64,000 nt of DNA from an uncultured Gammaproteobacteria bacterium (GTDB lineage Bacteria > Pseudomonadota > Gammaproteobacteria > Xanthomonadales > SZUA-36): assembly GCA_963759035.1 (NCBI GenBank), contig CAVWXL010000020.1, forward strand, positions 3,505 to 67,504, read 5' to 3'. Positions within the stretch are counted from its first letter, which is position 1, and each line of letters starts with the position of its first letter. The notes beneath the pieces were generated by a model. That model was not told the DNA's origin and did not search any database. It saw only the letters and a program-made list of their open reading frames with translations. Shown here one piece after another: positions 57,769-64,000 of this stretch. The translations under genes and the position numbers were made by a program.

Positions 57769-57785
57769 TGGCACGATACCTGCAT
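57769..57785 (+). promoter_or_regulatory. Candidate sigma-54 (RpoN) promoter of the PilA-like pilin gene
   Basis: TGGCACGATACCTGCAT, with the -24 GG and -12 GC correctly spaced. It lies 37 nt upstream of the ATG at 57822, in an AT-rich divergent intergenic region. pilA is RpoN/PilSR-dependent in Pseudomonas aeruginosa. Confidence 0.7.
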
Positions 57786-57821
57786 TAATATTCATGAAAC
57801 GAACTCAAGGGGAACACGCAA

Positions 57822-58292
57822 ATGGAAGCTAACGTCAGGAAAAGCAGAGGGATCTCGCTAATTGAGGTGCTGATCGTTTTCGCAGTCACTGCCATCGCTA
57901 TGGCCTACACATTTCCCAAGCTGACCGATCAGGCGATCCGCGCCAAGGTAAGCCAGGGACTCAGCATGGCGCAAACCGCCATAGAAGCTCTGGAAAATAC
58001 CTGCGCCGAAAATCAGCAGGCCATTGTGCACAACAACCTCGAGGCTGACTTTTTCTACGTGCCTTCAAAATCAGAAGATGATTACCTGAACCGCGTTTTG
58101 CTGGGTGCCGATTGCGCCAGCCAGACCATGGTCATCGTATTATGGACCGGCAATACCGGTGCGGCCCTGGACCCGATTATCGAACTCAGCTCAAATGGCC
58201 CGGGCGACGCTGAAGCCTGGACCTGCCGTGTGATTCGAGGCGATACCCGCCACGTACCCAGCGACTGCCACGCAGCATACGAGACCATCTAG
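57822..58292 (+). CDS. pilA: Type IVa pilin, PilA-like (atypical Ile at mature position +1)
   Basis: Leader MEANVRKSRG, then ISLIEVLIVFAV with Glu at +5. The IRAKVSQGL helix segment and a C-terminal Cys pair (WTCRVIRGDTRHVPSDC) are typical of the major-pilin disulfide loop. Confidence 0.65.
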   Translation: MEANVRKSRGISLIEVLIVFAVTAIAMAYTFPKLTDQAIRAKVSQGLSMAQTAIEALENTCAENQQAIVHNNLEADFFYVPSKSEDDYLNRVLLGADCASQTMVIVLWTGNTGAALDPIIELSSNGPGDAEAWTCRVIRGDTRHVPSDCHAAYETI

Positions 58293-58323
58293 CACGGGGG
58301 CCGTATCCACCCGGTCAGCACTC

Positions 58324-58360
58324 ATGTTGCGCCTGTCAGACTCCTGGGCCGGTGCAACAT
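58324..58360 (+). terminator. Possible hairpin downstream of the pilin gene
   Basis: ATGTTGCGCC ... GGTGCAACAT forms a 10-bp stem (one G-U pair) with a 17-nt loop. No U-tract follows, so terminator function is uncertain. Confidence 0.2.
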
Positions 58361-58471
58361 ATGAAAACAGCGCCAAAACCAACAGTGTGGCTGCAAGCAG
58401 AAATCCAGTGACTTTTGCACTCCAGATGACGCTTGTTTCTCGCCGGTCTTTTGACAGTACAATACGGGCCT

Positions 58472-58594
58472 ATGCCCTTCTTCCTGAAACGTTACATCCT
58501 GTCTGTGCTGTTGTTTAATCTGGCGGCCTGCTCTTCCATGCAAACCGTCAATGTCGCGGTCTGCGCCCCGGCACCCTGCGGACCACGGCCATGA
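58472..58594 (+). CDS. Possible 40-aa lipoprotein micro-ORF
   Basis: MPFFLKRYILSVLLFNLAACSS... has a lipobox-like LAAC. Its TGA overlaps the ATG of the CapA-like gene (ATGA at 58591-58594). It is below the ORF-track size cut-off and has no other support. Confidence 0.2.
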   Translation: MPFFLKRYILSVLLFNLAACSSMQTVNVAVCAPAPCGPRP

Positions 58595-60657
58595 AAGCCG
58601 CTGTTCAAATCGGAGTGCTGGTTCTTTTCGTGCTGACAGCGTTACCTTGTGCCGCGGATGTAAGCATCACCGGGCGTGTGCTGTCTGAATCGGGTGAGGG
58701 CCTGGCCGGCGCCTCGATCCTTCTAGACGGGCAGAGCGCCGTGTCCGACGAAAGCGGACGCTTCACGCTGAATGTTGAGCCGGCCGGTATCTACCGGCTG
58801 GACTACTCTGCCAACAAGCACTTCCCGATCATCCACAGCTACAGCGCACTGGAATTTTCCATGCAAAAGGAATCTCCGGCCGCCGGTGCGATCACGGTTC
58901 CTGACGTTACCCTGGTGGAACGGGTCGATGGCCGGATCATGCTGGCGGTTGGTGGCGATACGATGATGGGGCGGCGCTATTCCGAGCCTTCCGATAATGA
59001 ACCGGCATTAATACGCGAGGGGTTCAGAACCACTGACACGGTCGGACTGCTGCGTTACATCAGGCCCTACCTGGAGCAGGCGGATTTCACCACCCTCAAT
59101 CTCGAAACCCAGGTGATAGAGGGCATTCCCACGGAAAACGCACCCAAGTCCTATGTCTTCTATACCCCTCCAGAGGCCCTGCTGGCGCTGAAGGAGTCAG
59201 GCGTTGATTACGTCGCGCTGGCCAACAACCACACCTATGACTACCTTTCCTACGGGCTTGAATCGACTATCGATGCGCTGCAGGCTTCAGGCCTGGCCTG
59301 GTCAGGGGCCGGCCTGACCGAAGCCGAGGCCCTGGCGCCCTACCGCACCAGGGTTGGCGGGAACCCCCTGAGCTTCCTGGCTTACCTGGGCTGGGCGGGT
59401 AACTTCACACCCAACCAGGTCGCCATGGGCACTGAAAAAGGCGGTGCAGCTTTTGGCACCACAGCGAACATCAACCGCACCGTCCGTGCCGAAGTTGACC
59501 AGGGCTTCCTGCCCATCGTGCAATACCATGGCAGCCGGGAGTACACCGACGAACCCACCCTGGTCACCGAAACCCGGCTCAAACAGGCGGTTGATGACGG
59601 TGCCGTGCTGGCCATCGGCCACCACCCGCACGTGACCCAGGGGTTTGAATTGTATAAAGGGAAGTTGATCGCCTGGTCGATGGGCAATTTCATGTTCGAC
59701 CAGTTCCACTACGCAACCAAGCGCTCCTACCTGCTTTATGTCTGGATGGACGGCGGCCAACTGCACCGGGCCGAAGTGATGCCGTTGAGGATCAAAGGCT
59801 ACGTGCCTGTTCCGGCTACCGATACGTTCCGGCAGTCGGTGCTTAAACGGGTGAAGGAGTTGTCCGGCCGCAGAGGCATCACGTTGCAGGCATCGGGCGG
59901 AAACGCGGTGATCAATCCGGATGTGCAGGGCAGCCAACCAGGCACCACTTGGGAATTCGCCGTCCCTGTCAGCAGCAAGGCTCCTGAATCAACTATCTGG
60001 CCGTTAGACGGCAGATCATGGAACAGCGCCGTGGATTCGATCGCACCCTTGCCAGGGGGTAGCGGACAGGTCTTCCTGGGCCAGAACCTGTTGCCGATGG
60101 GACACCTGGAGTCGCACTACCTGTTTGGCACCCCGGACCGGAGCTGGTTAGCAGACGGTTCACAAACCATCGTGGCAATGGATGACGCGCCCAGCGGCAA
60201 GAACGTGATGCAACTTGTGGTACCCGCCGGACAGGCCAAAGGGACGCTCGGGATGCGCACCTTTGAATACACGTTCGAGCCGGGCACTCCCACTTCGTTC
60301 GTCGTCAAGGCCCGCTCAGATGCCGCGGCTACCGTCACTGCTTATGGGCAGTGGCGCAAACAGGGTGAAAACCGAACCGAGGCGCTTGAAACTGCAAAAT
60401 TGAGGTTGATTGGCGAGCATGAACTCAGCGCCGGAGGCTGGCAGGAGTTGCGCTTCGATTTCGACTCGCCGCGGGTGACCGCTATCTCTTACCGCATTGT
60501 ACTGAAGGTCACACCGATGGATGATTCACGGGATCACGTGAGCTTATTTGATGACATTGCGCTGATTGAATGGCTCAGCCCGCCACTGGACCCAGGTACA
60601 GTGCCCGCGCACGTCCCATCCACCCTGGCCAGTCATGCTGGCCTGGTCATCGAATAG
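58591..60657 (+). CDS. Secreted CapA-family (PGA_cap metallophosphatase-like) protein with an N-terminal carboxypeptidase-regulatory-like domain and a long C-terminal extension
   Basis: Signal peptide. ITGRVLSESGEGLAGASILLDG...SDESGRFTL is CarboxypepD_reg-like. The CapA core has GGDTMMGR, NLETQV, ALANNHTYDY and GHHPHV. About 240 further residues match no motif I recognise. Confidence 0.7.
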   Translation: MKAAVQIGVLVLFVLTALPCAADVSITGRVLSESGEGLAGASILLDGQSAVSDESGRFTLNVEPAGIYRLDYSANKHFPIIHSYSALEFSMQKESPAAGAITVPDVTLVERVDGRIMLAVGGDTMMGRRYSEPSDNEPALIREGFRTTDTVGLLRYIRPYLEQADFTTLNLETQVIEGIPTENAPKSYVFYTPPEALLALKESGVDYVALANNHTYDYLSYGLESTIDALQASGLAWSGAGLTEAEALAPYRTRVGGNPLSFLAYLGWAGNFTPNQVAMGTEKGGAAFGTTANINRTVRAEVDQGFLPIVQYHGSREYTDEPTLVTETRLKQAVDDGAVLAIGHHPHVTQGFELYKGKLIAWSMGNFMFDQFHYATKRSYLLYVWMDGGQLHRAEVMPLRIKGYVPVPATDTFRQSVLKRVKELSGRRGITLQASGGNAVINPDVQGSQPGTTWEFAVPVSSKAPESTIWPLDGRSWNSAVDSIAPLPGGSGQVFLGQNLLPMGHLESHYLFGTPDRSWLADGSQTIVAMDDAPSGKNVMQLVVPAGQAKGTLGMRTFEYTFEPGTPTSFVVKARSDAAATVTAYGQWRKQGENRTEALETAKLRLIGEHELSAGGWQELRFDFDSPRVTAISYRIVLKVTPMDDSRDHVSLFDDIALIEWLSPPLDPGTVPAHVPSTLASHAGLVIE

Positions 60658-60662
60658 CCGGA

Positions 60663-61115
60663 TTAACCCTCTTCCGGGATCACCGTGGCCTGCCAGGCAA
60701 CGACTCGCCATTCACCTTTGCGCTTTATGAATGTGCCGGTATTGAAGTACTGCAGGACCTGGTCCGGGTCATCCTGTGTCGTACCGAGAAGACGGAACGC
60801 CACCACGGCGGTCGTTCCAAACTGCATGATCCGGATGTCTTCCGCCGAATATACAACTGCCGGTTCGTCTTCACTGGACTCGGCATCGGCACTCATCCCC
60901 TTCATGATCTCGGCCTTGCCAAAACGCAGGCCGCGTGAAGAGGTATAGACCAGCTCTTCTGCCCAAAAACGATCATGGGCTGCGGCGTCATTCACAGAAG
61001 CGCCGGCCAGGAATTCATTGAGCATTTGCGTCAGCTCATCCTGATCTGGGCCTGCCTGTGCGGGCGTAACGGCAAAGAGAGACAGCAAGGCGAGCAAAGA
61101 CAGGATATTTCTCAC
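60663..61115 (-). CDS. Secreted SnoaL/NTF2-like (DUF4440-like) protein
   Basis: The GTG at 61115, preceded by GGAAGGA, gives (M)RNILSLLALLSLFAVTPAQA. The mature part (FLAGASVNDAAAHDRFWAEELVY..., GEWRVVAWQAT) has an NTF2-fold-like pattern. Confidence 0.5.
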   Translation of the reverse strand: MRNILSLLALLSLFAVTPAQAGPDQDELTQMLNEFLAGASVNDAAAHDRFWAEELVYTSSRGLRFGKAEIMKGMSADAESSEDEPAVVYSAEDIRIMQFGTTAVVAFRLLGTTQDDPDQVLQYFNTGTFIKRKGEWRVVAWQATVIPEEG

Positions 61116-61137
61116 TTCTACGATCCTTCCGGTAGAC

Positions 61138-63090
61138 CTAGGGGAAGGCCGGACAAGTCGTTCCGGCCAGCTTTGACAAGCGCGAATAGTTGCGCGTCGC
61201 AGAGCCAAAGGTACCTACACTAGAGCTGTATTGGAAGGTCATGTTGTCACAGTCCGTCCAGTTCAGGGTGAATGTCCCCCAGTTATCCAGGACCACGTCA
61301 TTCGGATTGAAATTTCGCCCCCAGGGTGTGAAAGCACTCGGGTACACCGCGTTGTTCATCGTGACGGATTTTCCGTCGGGCGTTGCCTGACCGAACAACC
61401 AGAACTGGTTACCCTCGGTATCGTAGGTAAAAAACACGGCCAGCACGTCACCATTGGTCAGCCACTCCACGATCAGGCCTTCGCCGTTGCGGGCGGGGTC
61501 GTACCACGACCCGGATAAACCGGCATTTGGATCCGGGGTTTCTGCGCCGCAGCCGGTAATATTCGCCAGCCGCGTCCCACGCGAAATCAGCCCTTCATAG
61601 CCCAGGCCTGCATCACCGGTGTAAGCGATGTTGCCACCCGGTGCCGATGCCTGGCAGTCCGGAAACACCATCGACATACTGCCGGCGTTTGTAAAGTCCA
61701 CTTCTGCCGCGTCGAAGTCATCACCAAAGGGGGTGCCTGTTGGCCGGAACAGGTCGTCCAGGATAATCGAGTTCCCACTCACCTGGCCCACGCCCAGGAA
61801 CCAGGCGGGACCGGTCCCATCGGGGTTATAGGTAAAGGTGTAAACGACCGCCCGGCCGTCTTCCAGCACTTCGACGTAGTTACCCTCACCATTGCGGTCC
61901 GGGTTGTAGAACACGGAGCTGTGGCCGGCAACCACTGCACCGCCGCCGGCAATTTCAATCGCCCCGCGATCACATTCGAAGACACCGTCTCCGTTGGCAT
62001 CCTGTGGCCGTGCGGTGCCTTTGGCGTCGCGATAGCTGCACGGCAGGGTGGCCAGCGTGTCGCCGTCGAACACAACCACATCAGCAGCTCCGGAGTCGAT
62101 GGCGGGGCTACCGGCCATCGGTACCAGGAAGCCGTCTGCATCCTGGCCCAGCATGGGATCGGTATTGGGCAGATCGGTATCCTGATTCAGTGAACAGCTG
62201 TTGTCAGCCGCTATGTTATACCCCTGTGAATTAAAAGCGCCGCTGCCGAAATCATTACATAGCGCATGTGTTTTACCGCCGGGTGCCTTTAAAGAAAAAG
62301 GCATTGGCGACATCCTGTTATCAAGCAAGCTGCCAAATGACCAAACGCCGCCTGTTGAGTCGATGGCGTCGGGCTCATGGTTGACAGTACTGTAACGAAT
62401 GTGGATGTTGCCAAGGGGGTTTTCCAGTGAAACCGTGCCCTCGTAGTTGACGAAGCTGGTCCCTTCGATGGTAGCTGCAGGACCATCGTCCGGAGAAGAA
62501 TTGATGTCCAGATCATTACCAAAAATCATGGCTTCGTTTCCGGAGAGATACGAAGCGGACAGTGAGAGCTTTGACTTACCGTTAATCGAAAAGGCACCGC
62601 CATAAGTACCGGCAAAATTATCAATCGCGCGAACATCCCGGACATAGAGTTCGGCAGAGCCGTTGACGCTGATCACACCCCCGTCCTGGTCTGCGCCGTA
62701 CCCGATTATGTCGACCTTTTCCAGTTCAAGCCTGGTCAATCCATCTATAAACATAAGCCGCGTAGATGGAGCGTCATCCGCGAGGGTCAGCGTACAGCGC
62801 GGATCGCACATGCCACGTATCCAGATTCGTCCGCTCGACCGATCCGGCAGGGCCCCCATGGAGCCGGGAAAGGCTCCTGGAAAGTGCGTCACCGTTTCAC
62901 CATTCGGCCCATTGACCAGGTTGATTTGCCTGAAACCCAGGTCATCAATTGATTCCACCGCGTCCCGGAATCCTGCAACATCCCCGGAAATAACATCGAC
63001 AATAGACAGCGGGATATCCAGCGAGCTTTCCCTCGCCTCCGCAACGGGAAACCAGGTGAGTAAAACGATCAATAGCCAATATTTGTTCAT
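61138..63090 (-). CDS. Secreted right-handed beta-helix repeat protein with a tandem two-Cys C-terminal module
   Basis: The ATG at 63090 gives the signal peptide MNKYWLLIVLLTWFPVAEA. It has a Gly/Asn-rich beta-helix-type repeat region (DGGVISVNGSAELYV..., GGAFSINGKSKLSL...). The last 262 aa (61141..61926) are two module copies that are close paralogues of 36930..37718. Confidence 0.6.
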   Translation of the reverse strand: MNKYWLLIVLLTWFPVAEARESSLDIPLSIVDVISGDVAGFRDAVESIDDLGFRQINLVNGPNGETVTHFPGAFPGSMGALPDRSSGRIWIRGMCDPRCTLTLADDAPSTRLMFIDGLTRLELEKVDIIGYGADQDGGVISVNGSAELYVRDVRAIDNFAGTYGGAFSINGKSKLSLSASYLSGNEAMIFGNDLDINSSPDDGPAATIEGTSFVNYEGTVSLENPLGNIHIRYSTVNHEPDAIDSTGGVWSFGSLLDNRMSPMPFSLKAPGGKTHALCNDFGSGAFNSQGYNIAADNSCSLNQDTDLPNTDPMLGQDADGFLVPMAGSPAIDSGAADVVVFDGDTLATLPCSYRDAKGTARPQDANGDGVFECDRGAIEIAGGGAVVAGHSSVFYNPDRNGEGNYVEVLEDGRAVVYTFTYNPDGTGPAWFLGVGQVSGNSIILDDLFRPTGTPFGDDFDAAEVDFTNAGSMSMVFPDCQASAPGGNIAYTGDAGLGYEGLISRGTRLANITGCGAETPDPNAGLSGSWYDPARNGEGLIVEWLTNGDVLAVFFTYDTEGNQFWLFGQATPDGKSVTMNNAVYPSAFTPWGRNFNPNDVVLDNWGTFTLNWTDCDNMTFQYSSSVGTFGSATRNYSRLSKLAGTTCPAFP

Positions 63091-63211
63091 GAAAACTCCT
63101 CTGCCCGGGCAGCGATGGGTCGAAATGGTTTGCTTCCTATAATTAATAGCAGAAGGGTCAAAAATTGCATCGCAGGAGCGGGTTGCACGCCGCAACTCGA
63201 AGTTGCTGCGG

Positions 63212-63808
63212 TCAGAGTACTTCCGCCAGGTAGGCTGAGAACCCTTCCAGCAACATCTGCACGGCCAGTGCAATCAATAGCATCCCCATCAGCCGCTCCA
63301 TGGCGATCAGGCCGCGTTTGCCGAGGAAACGTTTTAGCCCGTTGGCGGAGAGCAGAATCACCGAGGTGAGCAGCCAGGCCAGGAACAGGGCCGCCAGCCA
63401 CTCCGGCATGCGTCCCGGATCATTGCTGGTCAACAGCATCACCATGGCCATGGCCGACGGGCCAGCGACCATGGGAATCGCCAGTGGCACCAGCAGGGGT
63501 TCGCCCTGCAACTCCTCGACTGTGTGAGCCGAGCGCTTGACCGGGAACACCATTTTCAGGGCGATCAGGAACAGGATGATACCGCCTGCAATGCGGATGG
63601 AGTGTTCACTTAATTGCAGAAAGCCGAGCAGGTACTGGCCGAAGACCAGGAAAACCACCAACACAGCCAGGGCCAGAAACAACTCACGAATCAGCACGCG
63701 GGTCCGCCTTTCCGGCGCCACGCCTTCCAGCACGGAGATGAAAATGGGAATGTTGCCCAGCGGGTCCATGACCAGGAACAGCAGGGTGGCGGCAGAGATC
63801 ATGTCCAT
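63212..63808 (-). CDS. marC: MarC/UPF0056-family integral membrane protein
   Basis: The ATG at 63808 gives MDMISAATLLFLVMDPLGNIPIF, the family signature. About 198 aa with six hydrophobic helices. Confidence 0.8.
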   Translation of the reverse strand: MDMISAATLLFLVMDPLGNIPIFISVLEGVAPERRTRVLIRELFLALAVLVVFLVFGQYLLGFLQLSEHSIRIAGGIILFLIALKMVFPVKRSAHTVEELQGEPLLVPLAIPMVAGPSAMAMVMLLTSNDPGRMPEWLAALFLAWLLTSVILLSANGLKRFLGKRGLIAMERLMGMLLIALAVQMLLEGFSAYLAEVL

Positions 63809-63862
63809 TTGGCTTTGCTCTAAATTCTCAAGTATTGAGAGCGCACACAGTATGATAACCGC

Positions 63863-64000
63863 ATGACAGTTTCCACCCTGAATTACGCCTCGCTGTTCGA
63901 ACGGCTTTCCTCCGGCCTGCTGCTGGTTACCGCCAACAGCCGCCTGACCCGCGTATTGGCCGGCCAATACACCCGCTGGCGCATCGAGCGCGGAGACCGG
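63863..64000 (+). CDS. 5' end of an ORF running off the window (possibly a PD-(D/E)XK/AddB-like nuclease family protein)
   Basis: MTVSTLNYASLFERLSSGLLLVTANSRLTRVLAGQY... The 'VTANSRL' N-terminus resembles that family from memory only. Only 46 codons are visible. Confidence 0.3.
   Translation, partial: MTVSTLNYASLFERLSSGLLLVTANSRLTRVLAGQYTRWRIERGDR

Noticed and set aside
57794-57832. Short upstream ORF (MKRTQGEHANGS) between the sigma-54 promoter and the pilin start
   Set aside because: It is out of frame with the pilin, 12 codons long, has no RBS, and overlaps the pilin RBS. Most likely fortuitous.
1-64000. Search for mobile elements, CRISPR arrays, tRNA/rRNA genes, prophage or defence islands
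   Set aside because: No transposase, integrase or phage-like ORFs were seen, and no regularly spaced direct repeats or cloverleaf-like intergenic sequences. Intergenic spacers are short, mostly under 130 nt; the longest are about 180-320 nt around the pilin gene. The only defence-flavoured hit (the PycTM-like gene) lacks partner genes.

Overview
Gene-dense, GC-rich chromosomal segment with Gammaproteobacteria-like gene content and synteny. I count about 55 protein genes and saw no rRNA, tRNA, CRISPR array, transposase or integrase. Blocks in order: (1) a molybdoenzyme trio (catalytic subunit, four-cluster FeS subunit, DmsC-type anchor) with no Tat signals, matching the cytoplasm-facing SoeABC sulfite dehydrogenase architecture. 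(2) A frameshifted family III CoA-transferase, then a fatty-acid hydroxylase and a FadL/TodX porin. (3) Housekeeping and miscellaneous genes: frameshifted nadB, SDR, pgm, ypfJ-like peptidase, NRDE protein, AmpG-like MFS, two c-type cytochromes, Tat-exported dienelactone hydrolase, a large BNR/sortilin-like protein and an ATP-grasp protein. (4) A same-strand run of cls, a PycTM-like membrane protein and an orphan class I HMG-CoA reductase-like gene with an extra N-terminal domain. (5) malQ-glgX, then crcB with DUF190. (6) A sucrose / alpha-glucan cluster: sps-like GT, amylosucrase, fructokinase, GH13_18 phosphorylase and SPP-like HAD phosphatase. (7) Two beta-lactamase-family hydrolases. (8) A complete fimU-pilV-pilW-pilX-pilY1-(pilY2-position ORF)-pilE minor-pilin operon, divergent from a PilA-like pilin that has a near-consensus sigma-54 promoter. 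(9) A CapA-like protein, a beta-helix protein, marC, and a partial ORF at the window's 3' end. The strongest non-obvious signals are: (a) a roughly 115-140 aa two-Cys C-terminal module present in six copies on four otherwise unrelated secreted proteins; (b) a second, almost identical sigma-54 promoter driving a 78-aa membrane protein next to the pilus operon; (c) an unusually high number of frame-disrupted genes (at least 7), one pinned to a poly-G tract.
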